Shown here piece after piece: positions 10,019-20,171 of a DNA stretch of 64,000 bases. Within the stretch, counting starts at the first letter, position 1. Each line of letters begins with the position of its first letter. The notes under the pieces are model-generated. The model saw only the letters and a program-made list of their open reading frames with translations, was not told where the DNA came from and ran no database searches. Where the stretch lies: assembly GCA_051439505.1 (NCBI GenBank), contig JBFRWI010000002.1:32001-96000 (forward strand). Direction: 5' to 3'. The position numbers and the translations under genes were made by a program. This DNA is from Hormoscilla sp. (GTDB lineage: Bacteria; Cyanobacteriota; Cyanobacteriia; Cyanobacteriales; Desertifilaceae).

Positions 10019-10546
10019 TCACTCTGTGGAATTCGGCAATACTGGCAAGGAGGCTAATTTTTCCGAGTCTATGAATATCTCCATATTATCGTCTGCTCGA
10101 CTTCTCAGCGATCGCTTGACATAACCCAGGTAAACTGGTTGCGATACATTCTCCTGGGGATGAATTATCGTCCGGGCCCGGATCGTCAGTTGGGTATCTG
10201 TACTACTACTGCGTCCTGGGGAAAACAGATCGTAAGCTGCTTGCCGGAGGGTAGCTTCCAGTTGGGGTTCTGTAATCTCCGGGGGCACTGCGATCGCCGT
10301 TTGGGCTGCGCCATTATCGTATACCCGAGAGAAGGGTACTGCACCTGGTATTTTTATCTGGGGGACTGCCGCTATACTCAAGGTGAACAAACCAGCGGTC
10401 AATATCACCATAAAGCTAGTAACGCCCACCAGTCTGAACCTGATGCCCCATTTGAGTACCCAACTGAGGACTGTCACGACAGCACAGAGGGCAGTAGCAA
10501 TTCCTACCCACTTAGCTGCTAGCACAAATAAACTTGCTGTTGGCAT
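10019..10546 (-). CDS. ycf51: Ycf51 family (DUF2518) membrane protein
   Basis: WGIRFRLVGVTSFM, VYDNG, LEATLRQAAYDLFSPGR. Confidence 0.8.
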   Translation of the reverse strand: MPTASLFVLAAKWVGIATALCAVVTVLSWVLKWGIRFRLVGVTSFMVILTAGLFTLSIAAVPQIKIPGAVPFSRVYDNGAAQTAIAVPPEITEPQLEATLRQAAYDLFSPGRSSSTDTQLTIRARTIIHPQENVSQPVYLGYVKRSLRSRADDNMEIFIDSEKLASLPVLPNSTE

Positions 10547-10599
10547 GAGATTTTGTCCGATGTTTTGGGTTTTTATCTTGACAGAAGAGCGATTACGTG

Positions 10600-11079
10600 T
10601 TAATCGAGTTCATTGCTGACAAACCCTGCTTCTGGCTGAGTGCCTAAGGGATTTTCTAGGGCTGCCTTGAGGGTATGCCATGTCAGATTAGCACATTTGA
10701 TTCTGACTGGGAACTGGGAAACGCCTTGCATGGCGTTCAACTTCCGCATTTCTTTGGGAAACTCTACTTCTCCTTTCATCATCCCTTGGAACCTTTCTAC
10801 CATTTCCAGAGCTTCTGCAACTGTTTTGCCGATGCAGGCCCCGGCCATTAAGTCCGCCGACGCCATCGCGATCGCGCAGCCTTCCCCAGAGAATTTTAGA
10901 TCGCAGATGCGATCGCGAGCATCATTCAGTTGCAGAGTCAGCTCGATGGTATCCCCGCAACTGGGGTTATATCCCCGCTGGGACCGATGCACCGGTTCCG
11001 TTTTGCCCCGATGCCGAGGCTTCTTGTAATGTTCTAGAATAACTTGTTGATAGAGGTCGCGCAAATTTTCCAGAGACAT
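10600..11079 (-). CDS. sufU: SUF-system NifU/SufU family Fe-S scaffold
   Basis: LYQQVILEHYKKP, NPSCGD, GCAIAMAS, PVRIKCA. Confidence 0.9.
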   Translation of the reverse strand: MSLENLRDLYQQVILEHYKKPRHRGKTEPVHRSQRGYNPSCGDTIELTLQLNDARDRICDLKFSGEGCAIAMASADLMAGACIGKTVAEALEMVERFQGMMKGEVEFPKEMRKLNAMQGVSQFPVRIKCANLTWHTLKAALENPLGTQPEAGFVSNELD

Positions 11080-11214
11080 AGTTATCGTTTCGGATCGGTG
11101 TCCGACATGAACATGGCGATCGTGTTAATTTTAGCATAATAGCTAGCTGATGGTGCGGTTCGAGAGGAGAGAATCATTATGGGGTCTTCTCTAATCTCGT
11201 GGGACCGACTTATA

Positions 11215-11823
11215 TCATACTTGGGAATATAAGTCAAAAAGACGCTGCACCACCTCAATGGCTTGGCCAGCAAAATTTCGGGCAACTGCTACTTTCTCCT
11301 GTTGTTCTATCACGCGGTCTGAGATCGCCTTTGCTTTTACCAGGATATCGTAATCTGACTCGGTGAGGAAGCCGCAAGCAAAGAATGTGAGAGCTAGTTC
11401 TGTGGGACTTTGCGTTTCAAAGTCAATTGAGTTCTGTTCTGCTATCATGCGCATTACTATTTTAGCTATAAACACAGCACCACAAACCGCTGCATCAAAA
11501 TCTCCTTTTGCTATTAGTTTACCTGCTCTCTACAGATATATATAAATATCTGTCAAATCTCTAACTGGATAATCATATAATTTTGCTATTTGCTCGCCAT
11601 CAGATACATCTTTTACTTGAGGCGTAATCTCTGGAGGTTTTAAGGCCACAATCACTGCCGTTTTTTCCGCGTGGATAATGTAATCGAGATCCGATCGGGA
11701 AATAAATTCAGTCAATGGAGCGACGCGCGGCTTCACTAAAACTCGATAACCTTGCTGTCTATAGCGCTCGGCAATTTTTTCGCTCATAGGATCTGATAAC
11801 TCCTCTAATATCGGTCTAGTCAT
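11215..11823 (-). pseudogene. Hypothetical gene (possible REase-like N-terminus plus helical, possibly HEPN-like C-terminus) split by an in-frame TAG
   Basis: ORFs 11530-11823 and 11215-11475 share a frame; reading through TAG at 11530-11532 gives YL*RAGKLIAKGDFDAAVCGAVFIAK. Confidence 0.6.
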
Positions 11824-11842
11824 CTCGTTCCCATCTGAGTGA

Positions 11843-11957
11843 CGATCGCGCAGCCTTCCCCAGAGAATTTTACATCACAGATGCGATCGCCCGCCTCATG
11901 CAGTTGCTCCCGTCAGCTCGATGGTATTCCCGCAGCTGGGGTTATGTCCCCGCTGGC
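11843..11957 (-). pseudogene. Degenerate internal fragment of sufU
   Basis: Aligns by eye to 10869-10982 with substitutions and a small indel. Confidence 0.8.
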
Positions 11958-12111
11958 GATACTTCAAAGGACAGCATTTTATTTGTCCGGAGCGAGGGGG
12001 GGACGGGTGTGGTCTTGCACCAGTTGGTTTGGAAACGGCAGATGGTATGGAACGCAAGCATAGACGCAGCTTGACAATAAGCCATTGCTGGCTGACAACG
12101 AACTATTACTG

Positions 12112-12237
12112 GCTTACATAAAGCCAATGTAAGCTTACATAAAGCCAATGTAAGCTTACTTAAAGCCAATGTAAGCTTACTTAAAGCCAATGTAAGCTTA
12201 CCCAAAGCCAATGTAAGCTTACCCAAAGCCAATGTAA
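12112..12237. repeat. 21-bp tandem repeat x6 (GCTTACnnAAAGCCAATGTAA)
   Basis: Six contiguous units without spacers. Confidence 0.95.
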
Positions 12238-12392
12238 ATGGGTGTGTAGGAGCATTTATTGCACTCAGAGCCCCCCCAAACCCCCCCCGTGGAGGAGATC
12301 CGGCGACTGTCCGGGCCCCCAATACTGCGTATGTTTTGCAACAACTTCCTCGGGAGAGTGGGGAGCAGGGAGGACGCACCGGACGCGGTGAC

Positions 12393-12470
12393 ACCCCATC
12401 TCCGTGTCTCCCCATCTCCGTGTCTCCCCCTCTCCGTGTCTCCCCCTCTCTTTTCCCTCTCCCTTCTCCC
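12393..12470. repeat. Pyrimidine-rich short tandem repeats (CCCCATCT/CCGTGTCT type)
   Basis: Directly visible; typical cyanobacterial STRR. Confidence 0.75.
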
Positions 12471-12756
12471 TTATTAGCATAATAGCTGCTTGGTGGCGCA
12501 GCCCTACAATGGCGACAAGTAGGCTATATCGATCGGATGCTTCGCCAGCATTTCCAGCGCGTTTTTTCCTAATATTTACCTCTATAATTTAGCTAAAAGC
12601 CTTAGGGTTTGAACCCCCGGCGGGCTGACTTTTAGAGTGCGATCGGGTAAAATAGGACAAGCTGACATAGAATATAAGTACGCGAATCTCTTCTCGGTGG
12701 AGTGTCCCATGGTAGTCGAAAATTTGTAAGTGCCGAATTTTCCCGAGAAGGTTAAA

Positions 12757-13122
12757 ATGCAAATGAAACTACGCCAAAAAATTGACGAACTGACTTTACT
12801 AGAACTGTTTTGGTCCGAACCAAAAATTGCCGATCGTGAAGATGGTTATTGGTGTTACGAAGCTACAGATGATGCAGGTAGGGTCATCCGTTTTGGCATG
12901 GATGTAATTCAGGAGTCCGTTCAGATAGACCTAAAAGTTTCTGGTTTATCCCTAGTAACTCTCAGCTTTGAGTTAGTTGATGCTATTGAAATCATCGATT
13001 TAGATCGAGGACAATTTGCTTTTGTCGTAGCAGCTGATATTGAGCAGGCTAGAACTAGAATTGAAGTGAAATTGCGACCTGATATTGAAGTTCAGGGATA
13101 TACTCTGAAAAACGAATCCTAG
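12757..13122 (+). CDS. Small hypothetical protein
   Basis: ~121-aa ORF with plausible composition; no family recognised with certainty. Confidence 0.6.
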   Translation: MQMKLRQKIDELTLLELFWSEPKIADREDGYWCYEATDDAGRVIRFGMDVIQESVQIDLKVSGLSLVTLSFELVDAIEIIDLDRGQFAFVVAADIEQARTRIEVKLRPDIEVQGYTLKNES

Positions 13123-13144
13123 GGGAACATCTCGATGTAAGTAA

Positions 13145-13198
13145 TATAGCCCGCGCAGGCGGGCTTTGTTCCTGTAGCCCCACCATAAATGGTGGGGG
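13145..13198. repeat. REP TAGCCCGCGCAGGCGGGCTT..GTAGCC plus hairpin
   Basis: Related copies at 4983-5065 and 35683-35740. Confidence 0.75.
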
Positions 13199-13223
13199 CG
13201 GTGGGGTCGGCGGTGGTAGCTGC

Positions 13224-14201
13224 TTAAATGTAAAGCTGGGCCACATACTCGCCATAGCCGTTATAAGGCAAAGTCGGGCGCCTGGGCCAAGAAAAAGGCG
13301 AACCAGAAGTAATCAGCCGTTCCGTCGCCTGGGACCATCTCGGATGAGGTTTATTCGGATTCACATTCGCCTCGAAATCATACTCATTTGCCACCAAAGT
13401 ATTCCAGAACGTTGCCGGTTGTGACTCCAAAAACTCAATCTTCACGATCGACTTAGCGCCCTTGAAGCCATACTTCCAGGGAACCACCTCTCGAATTGGC
13501 GCACCATGCTGCTTCGGCAGAGTGTGACCATAGATCCCCGTAGCAAAAAACGCCAACTCATTCATCATTTCATCCAGGCGCAGACTTTCCGTGTAGGGCC
13601 AGGGATATCTCGCAAAAGGTAACCCAGATCCCCCCGTGCTAATCTTGGCGTCGTACCAGGAGGTAAAACGCACGAATTTTGCCTTGGAGGTAGGTTCCAC
13701 ATCTTCTACTAGCAACCTCATGGGAAATCCTACCCAGGGTACCACCATTGCCCAAGCTTCCACGCAGCGGAAGCGATAAACCCGTTCCTCTATGGGAAAC
13801 CTTTTATGGATATCATCCAAATCATACAGTCGGGGCTTGTGTACCAAACCCCCGACTTCCACTTTCCAGTCTGCCGTTGGCAACGCCTGTGCGGCCTTCC
13901 AAATCGATTTCCCACTGCCGAATTCATAGAAGTTGTTGTACTTCGCTGCCAACTCCTCGGCGGTGATCGGTCGATCGACCTTAGCAAAATCCGGATTGCG
14001 TACTAGATTAGGGTAAGGCTTATAGAAGCTTTCCGTCGATGATGCCGGAGACTGGTCACAACCTGCTACGGGCAAGATACTGCCAGTCAAACCAGCGCCA
14101 AGCAAGGATTTCATAAACCGGCGTCGGTTAAAAAAAGCCTCTTGGGGCGTTGCCTCTCGTTCGGGAATTTCCCAGGATTTTGGTACGCGGATTAAAGTCA
14201 T
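13224..14201 (-). CDS. msrP: Protein-methionine-sulfoxide reductase catalytic subunit (molybdopterin)
   Basis: Tat motif NRRRFM; YNNFYEF, YRFRCVEAW, VPWKYGFK, HPRWSQA. Confidence 0.93.
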   Translation of the reverse strand: MTLIRVPKSWEIPEREATPQEAFFNRRRFMKSLLGAGLTGSILPVAGCDQSPASSTESFYKPYPNLVRNPDFAKVDRPITAEELAAKYNNFYEFGSGKSIWKAAQALPTADWKVEVGGLVHKPRLYDLDDIHKRFPIEERVYRFRCVEAWAMVVPWVGFPMRLLVEDVEPTSKAKFVRFTSWYDAKISTGGSGLPFARYPWPYTESLRLDEMMNELAFFATGIYGHTLPKQHGAPIREVVPWKYGFKGAKSIVKIEFLESQPATFWNTLVANEYDFEANVNPNKPHPRWSQATERLITSGSPFSWPRRPTLPYNGYGEYVAQLYI

Positions 14202-14538
14202 GGAACTTATTTTCGGTTGTTGGGTAGCACCTCTATTATGAGAGAACTAACTCAAGATTTATGAGGTAATTTCCCCAGCCTACCACCGGCAGCCCTCCGA
14301 TCCTACCTGCGGGCGATCGCCTCCCCAAGCCTCCCCAAGTCTTTCACACCGGTCGTTCTGGGCTTATAGCATTGATATTTTGTATGATTCAATACATATA
14401 TCACAGAATGTCAGTTATCTGCTATAAATTTAAGATTTGCTTAATAGTTGCAAGAGATTAAATTTTGTTACAATTATTTAACAAGGGACTAAGATGAATG
14501 TAAATTAAGAAAAATAAATAAGAAAGGGCAATAGATCG

Positions 14539-16650
14539 ATGTACGCCTTAAAATACCCAGAATTTCACAACCCATTTTTAGAAAGCCTGGTGGCTCATAC
14601 ACCGGCAGTGCTTTATCAATATGTCCTCCATGCCAATGGCAGCGAGGAGTTTGTTTACATGAGCGACTATGTCCGCGAGATCTTTGAACTAGAACCAGCA
14701 GCAATTCAGCAGAATCAGGAGTTGATCTGGAAGCGAGTCCATCCCGATGACCGTCAGTCCTGCCGTGAAGCAATGACAGCGGTGGCCCTGGAGAGAGATC
14801 CATGCCATTGGGAAGGCAGGATCGTCACTCCTAAAGCTGGGCTCAAGTGGATTCAAATTACAGTTAAATCTCAACAGCAGCCAAACCGCGACATCATCTG
14901 CTATGGCTTGATTACCGATATCACCGATAGCAAACGGGCGGCGGCGGCAGAAATAGAGAGGGAACAACGGTTCCGGGCCATGTTTGAGCAAGCGGATGTC
15001 GGCATTGTCGAATGTACCCTGGACGGTCGCGTCCAACAAGTCAATCAAAAGTTTTGTGATATTGTGGGCTACAGCCAGTCGGAACTACTAGCCCTCTCCT
15101 ATACAGATATTACTCATGCGGATGACCGGGTAGCTGATGATGCCTATCTCAAACAACTGTTGGCAGGTGAAATTCAGACTTACTCGATTGAAAAACGCTA
15201 TCTTCGCAAAGGTGCTACCGCAGAAAAGGAATTTACTTGGGTGCATATGAGGGTGTCGCTGGTGCGTCGGCCCACGGGAGATCCCCAGTCTCTGCTGGCG
15301 GTAGTCACCGATATTAGCGATCGCAAAAAGGCCGCTAGAGCCCTGAAGGAGAGCGAACGACGCTTCCGGGCGATCTTTAACTCGGCTTTTGGGTTTATCA
15401 CGATCCTTTCGCCTCAGGGGAAAATTGAGCAGGCAAATCAGACCGTACTGGACTTCGCAGGCGTCCAACTAGCAGATGTGGTGAATTGTCCCCTCTGGGA
15501 GACTCCCTGGTTCAAGCTCAAACGTAAGACTTCCCGACAGCATCAAAATCGTTTGCAACAGGCAATTGCTACTGCTGTGGCTGGTGAATTTGTCCGCTAT
15601 GAAGCCGAGATTCTGGGGGCCGACGAAAAAATAGTCACCATCGATTTTTCCCTCAAGCCCGTGTTTGATTCTTGTGGGAAAGTGGTACTGCTGATCGCAG
15701 AAGGACGCGATGTTACCGAACGCAAACGGGCGGAAGAGGCCCGACGGCGATCGGGGGAACTCCTGAAAAAGAAAAATAAGCAGCTCAACCAGACTCTGGG
15801 TGACTTGAAACGCACCCATTCACAGCTAATTCAAGCCGAAAAAATGTCTTCCCTCGGTCAGATGGTTGCAGGTGTAGCCCACGAAATCAACAATCCTGTT
15901 AACTTTATTTACGGCAACCTTACCCATGCCGAAGATTATATCAGCGATCTGTTAGAAATAATGGGGATGTACGAGCGTCACTACCCCCAACCTCACCCAG
16001 AGATAGCTGCCGAAATCGAGGAAATGGAACTAGATTTCGTGACAGAAGACTTGCCCAATTTGCTGAATTCGATGAAAGTTGGTGCCGAACGGATTCGCGA
16101 GATTGTCAAATCCCTGCGGACTTTCTCTCGTCTGGATGAAGCGGAGGTGAAAAACATCGATCTGCACGAGGGAATAGATAGTACCTTGATGATTCTTCAG
16201 AACCGCTTGAAAGCTAAACCCTGTCATCCGACAATTGAGGTGGTCAAAAACTATGGCAATTTACCCCCAGTTGAATGTTATGCAGGACAACTAAATCAGG
16301 TGTTTATGAACATCCTCGCTAATGCCATTGATGCGATCGAAGAATGTAAGCATGGCGCGGCCTGCTCTCGGGACAATATCCGCAATCCCAAGATTACAAT
16401 TCGCACAGTCAAAGCGGGCGATCGGGTGGAGATTCGGATTGCTGACAATGGTCCTGGCATGCCTGAAAGCGTCAAGCAGCGACTCTTTGACCCCTTCTTT
16501 ACCACCAAACCGGTGGGTAAGGGTACTGGTTTGGGATTATCCATCAGCTACCAAATAGTTGTGGACAAGCACGGCGGTCAGATGCAATGCTTTTCTACAC
16601 CGGGACAAGGGACGGAGTTTGTCATCGATATTCCAATTAAACAGTCCTAA
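14539..16650 (+). CDS. Multi-PAS sensor histidine kinase
   Basis: Three PAS/PAC segments; H-box AHEINNP; N, G1, F and G2 boxes. Confidence 0.92.
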   Translation: MYALKYPEFHNPFLESLVAHTPAVLYQYVLHANGSEEFVYMSDYVREIFELEPAAIQQNQELIWKRVHPDDRQSCREAMTAVALERDPCHWEGRIVTPKAGLKWIQITVKSQQQPNRDIICYGLITDITDSKRAAAAEIEREQRFRAMFEQADVGIVECTLDGRVQQVNQKFCDIVGYSQSELLALSYTDITHADDRVADDAYLKQLLAGEIQTYSIEKRYLRKGATAEKEFTWVHMRVSLVRRPTGDPQSLLAVVTDISDRKKAARALKESERRFRAIFNSAFGFITILSPQGKIEQANQTVLDFAGVQLADVVNCPLWETPWFKLKRKTSRQHQNRLQQAIATAVAGEFVRYEAEILGADEKIVTIDFSLKPVFDSCGKVVLLIAEGRDVTERKRAEEARRRSGELLKKKNKQLNQTLGDLKRTHSQLIQAEKMSSLGQMVAGVAHEINNPVNFIYGNLTHAEDYISDLLEIMGMYERHYPQPHPEIAAEIEEMELDFVTEDLPNLLNSMKVGAERIREIVKSLRTFSRLDEAEVKNIDLHEGIDSTLMILQNRLKAKPCHPTIEVVKNYGNLPPVECYAGQLNQVFMNILANAIDAIEECKHGAACSRDNIRNPKITIRTVKAGDRVEIRIADNGPGMPESVKQRLFDPFFTTKPVGKGTGLGLSISYQIVVDKHGGQMQCFSTPGQGTEFVIDIPIKQS

Positions 16651-16657
16651 TGTCGAT

Positions 16658-16741
16658 CGTTCGTAGTAAGGACTTTAGTCCTTGCCGTTCGTAGTAAGGA
16701 CTTTAGTCCTTGCCGTTCGTAGTCAGGACTTTAGTCCTTGC
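16658..16741. repeat. 28-bp palindromic tandem repeat x3 (CGTTCGTAGTAAGGACTTTAGTCCTTGC)
   Basis: Contiguous units; same GTAGTAAG-hairpin family as 7590-7614, 32614-32678 and 42400-42425 (reverse orientation). Confidence 0.9.
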
Positions 16742-16939
16742 CATCATCAGCACTCCTCATACTTCTCGGTTAATAACTTGTCATTGCGAGGTCATTGCGA
16801 GGGGGGGACTATGGATCTGCCAGAAAAAATCTATTAGTATAGAAGGACCAAGGCCAAGAGCGCCTGATGGCCTGAGGCAGAGCCTCAGATGTTCCCTGGA
16901 GCGGCCCGGGAACGAATGACAGCCAAGCAGAGGTAGACT

Positions 16940-17330
16940 ATGAACAAAGTCCAGGCAAAATTACCAACTGATATCTGGATAGCAGCTAGCTGGGATGAAT
17001 ACATCCAAGTAATAGCTCCCGAGTCAAAAGCCAAAGGCTACTATTATGATGGGAAATTGCGGATAGAAATGTCACCTGTGGGCAACGACCACGCCAGCGA
17101 CCACACAATTATTATGTTTGCTGTTAATCTGTTTGCCAGCATTAAAGGCTTCGATATCAACGGAAAGGATAACTGCACCTACCGAAAAACTGGTATGCCA
17201 GAGGCTCAACCAGATGCCTTACTACATTGGAGAAAACGTTAATGCAATCCCTTGGGGAACTACCATCATCGACCTAGATATCTATCCACCGCCTAATCTA
17301 GTAATCGAAGTAGCTAACACATCTCTAGCT
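16940..17330 (+). pseudogene. Uma2 family endonuclease, frameshifted and 3'-truncated
   Basis: SWDEY..YYYDGKLRIEMSP..QPDA in one frame continues as YYIGE..PPPNLVIEVANTSL in another (shift at ~17219); then cut by a REP. Confidence 0.8.
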
Positions 17331-17425
17331 GGAGGCAGAGCCTCTGTTGTGCGTTCCCAGGCAGAGCCCGGGAACGAGTCTTGGCTAGCAATTAGCAATT
17401 AGCAAGCCCGCAATTCTCAATCATC

Positions 17426-19717
17426 CTAAGATGCGTAAGCTTCCTGGGTCTTTTGGCGATCGAGCTTCAAGATCAGCACGCCCAAGGGAGGCAAACACAA
17501 ATCCAAGGAATAAGCATAATTGTGGAACCACCATTCATCAGTCCACTTGCCACCCAAATTCCCCATATTGCTGCCACCGTACTTACCAGCATCGCTATTA
17601 AACAACTCCGTGTAGAATCCCGGTTCTGGTACTCCAATGCGATAATGAGAATGAGGCTGAGGCGTGAAGTTACAAATCGCTACGACAAAATCATTCGGAT
17701 CTTTGCCACGACGGATAAACGACACCACGCTATGGCGATTGTCGGTACAATCAATCCACGTAAACCCTTCTTCTTCAAAATCTCGGGTATAAAGAGCTGG
17801 TTGGCTGCGATAGAGTTGATTCAACTCACTTACAAACTGCTTCAGTTGCTGATGAGGCCCATACTGCAACAAATGCCACTCCAGATCCCCCCAGACATTC
17901 CACTCATTCCACTGACCAAACTCCATACTCATAAACAGAGTCTTTTTGCCTGGGTGGGCGAACATGTAAGCAAACAAGCAGCGCAGGTTAGCATATTTCT
18001 GCCACTCATCCCCCGGCATCTTTCCGATCATGGGGCTTTTGCCATGGACTATCTCATCGTGAGATAGGGCTAGCATGTAGTTCTCCGAGTGGTGATACCA
18101 CATGCTGAAAGTCACGTTATTCTGGTGGAACTGGCGGAACCAAGGATCCATGCTGAAGTAGTCCAGCATATCGTGCATCCAGCCCATATTCCATTTCATG
18201 TTAAAGCCCAAACCCCCTACATAGGTAGGCCAGGATACCATCGCCCAGTCTGTGGACTCCTCCGCGATCGACATGGTACCGGGGAAATAGCTAAATAATA
18301 GATGATTCACCTGACGCAGGAAATCAGCAGCTTCAATATTTTCCCGGCCTCCGTACTGATTTGCTACCCATTCTCCATCCTCGCGGGCGTAGTCCAGGTA
18401 CAGCATGGAGGCCACCGCATCCACCCGAATGCCATCGATATGGTACTTGTCGAACCAGAACAGCACGTTGGCCACCAAGAAATTCCGTACCTCATTGCGG
18501 GAATAGTTGAACACCAGGGTGCCCCATTCCTTATGTTCCCCTTTGCGGGGGTCCGCGTGTTCGTAAAGATGGCTGCCATCAAAAAAGGCCAAACCGTGAC
18601 CGTCCTTGGGGAAGTGGGCCGGAACCCAGTCCACAATCACCCCAATGCCATTTTGGTGACATTGGTCCACAAAATACATGAAATCTTGCGGAGTTCCATA
18701 GCGGGAAGTAGATGCATAGTACCCCGTCACCTGATAACCCCAGCTACCATCAAAGGGATGTTCTGCTATAGGCATCAACTCAATATGAGTAAATCCCAGT
18801 TCCTTGACATAGGGAATTAGCTTGGCCGCCAGTTCCCGGTATGTGAGGAAACGCGCATAGGGTTTATAATCCGAGACTACTACTACAGGCTCTGTCGTAC
18901 CATCAGCCAATTGGGCAGGTTGTTCGGCATCGGCATGCATCCAGGAACCCAAATGCACCTCATAGACTGCGATCGGCTCTTTCAGGACATCAGTGTGGCG
19001 ACGGCGTTCCATCCAGTCATCGTCATGCCAGCTATAGGAATCTAAGTTGGTGACAATGGAAGCGGTTTTGGGTCGGACTTCCTGCTGAAACCCGTAGGGG
19101 TCGGACTTCTCGTAAATATGCCCCTCGTAGTTTTTCACTTCGTATTTATAATGTTCGCCCACACCCACGTCGGGAATAAACAACTCCCAGACACCGTTAC
19201 CTGTTTTCCGCATCTGATGCTTGCGACCGTCCCAGTTGTTAAAATCCCCCAGCAGTGAGACATTGCGGGCATTGGGTGCCCAAAGGGCAAAGTAAACCCC
19301 TTTAACACCGTTGACTTCCGTGGGGTGGGCACCTAGTTTCTCATAGATGCGGTGATGGTTGCCTTCGGCAAACAGGTGAATGTCAAGGTCTGTCAGCTTG
19401 GGAGAACGAAAGGCGTAGGGATCGTAGATCACCCGTTCGTGTTCTCCTTCTTTAATCTTTAACTGATAGTTGGCCAGTTCCTGCTTCTCGATCGTGCATT
19501 CAAAGAAGTGGGGATTATGTACCGACTGCATCTGGTGTTCGCTGCGATCGTCCGGGCAGAGTACCCACACGGCCTCTGCAGTCGGTTGATAGGCTCGCAC
19601 TACCCAACTTGTTTTACCATTATCTTCTATCTGATGGGGCCCTAGTACCTCAAAGGGGTCGTGATGCTGATTCCAGACAATCCGGTCTATTTGATCGGGG
19701 GCGATGGTCGTTGACAT
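17426..19717 (-). CDS. glgB: 1,4-alpha-glucan branching enzyme
   Basis: [33 protein letters not shown]. Confidence 0.97.
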   Translation of the reverse strand: MSTTIAPDQIDRIVWNQHHDPFEVLGPHQIEDNGKTSWVVRAYQPTAEAVWVLCPDDRSEHQMQSVHNPHFFECTIEKQELANYQLKIKEGEHERVIYDPYAFRSPKLTDLDIHLFAEGNHHRIYEKLGAHPTEVNGVKGVYFALWAPNARNVSLLGDFNNWDGRKHQMRKTGNGVWELFIPDVGVGEHYKYEVKNYEGHIYEKSDPYGFQQEVRPKTASIVTNLDSYSWHDDDWMERRRHTDVLKEPIAVYEVHLGSWMHADAEQPAQLADGTTEPVVVVSDYKPYARFLTYRELAAKLIPYVKELGFTHIELMPIAEHPFDGSWGYQVTGYYASTSRYGTPQDFMYFVDQCHQNGIGVIVDWVPAHFPKDGHGLAFFDGSHLYEHADPRKGEHKEWGTLVFNYSRNEVRNFLVANVLFWFDKYHIDGIRVDAVASMLYLDYAREDGEWVANQYGGRENIEAADFLRQVNHLLFSYFPGTMSIAEESTDWAMVSWPTYVGGLGFNMKWNMGWMHDMLDYFSMDPWFRQFHQNNVTFSMWYHHSENYMLALSHDEIVHGKSPMIGKMPGDEWQKYANLRCLFAYMFAHPGKKTLFMSMEFGQWNEWNVWGDLEWHLLQYGPHQQLKQFVSELNQLYRSQPALYTRDFEEEGFTWIDCTDNRHSVVSFIRRGKDPNDFVVAICNFTPQPHSHYRIGVPEPGFYTELFNSDAGKYGGSNMGNLGGKWTDEWWFHNYAYSLDLCLPPLGVLILKLDRQKTQEAYAS

Positions 19718-19880
19718 GAGGCTATCCTACCTATCTCCATTAAGTTACTGAACAAGTTACAAAAATATCCACGCCCAGGAACCTGGCTGTGGTTTGATTT
19801 ATGTTTCTTTATTTTAGAGGATGAATTTTAACATTCTCGGGCAATCAATAGGCCATCTCAGCCCAGACAGGCGATCGGCC

Positions 19881-20168
19881 TTAGAAGGGTATGATAGTAC
19901 GAACGGCGCGACGTATGCGCAGGAGGAAAATCAGTTCGGAGATTTGGGGGTCGATCCTTGTGGATGGTCTCGACTGTAGCTTCCCTTGCAAGAGGGCGTA
20001 CTCGGCGGCGGTCAGGGGTTTACCGTCAACTGGCGATCGGGCTTCGGTAAGGATCTCGGTGCGCAAGATTTCTTCGGGGACATCGGACGGCGGCGGTAAG
20101 GCCCTAGCGGGGGAAAGGGTTCCCAGATAGATAGCCGAAAGTAGGGCCACTCTTGTATATCTATACAT
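19881..20168 (-). CDS. Small cyanobacterial hypothetical protein
   Basis: Signal-like N-terminus; PEEILRTEILTEARSPVDGKPLTAAEY; directly follows the GST gene. Confidence 0.7.
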   Translation of the reverse strand: MYRYTRVALLSAIYLGTLSPARALPPPSDVPEEILRTEILTEARSPVDGKPLTAAEYALLQGKLQSRPSTRIDPQISELIFLLRIRRAVRTIIPF

Positions 20169-20171
20169 TGA

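Noticed and set aside
12112..12237. 21-bp repeats as a CRISPR array or the 157-aa ORF 11942-12415 as a gene
   Set aside because: No spacers; the ORF is assembled from repeat and STRR sequence.
16658..16741. Palindromic 28-bp repeats as a CRISPR array
   Set aside because: Units are contiguous with no spacers, and no cas genes are present.
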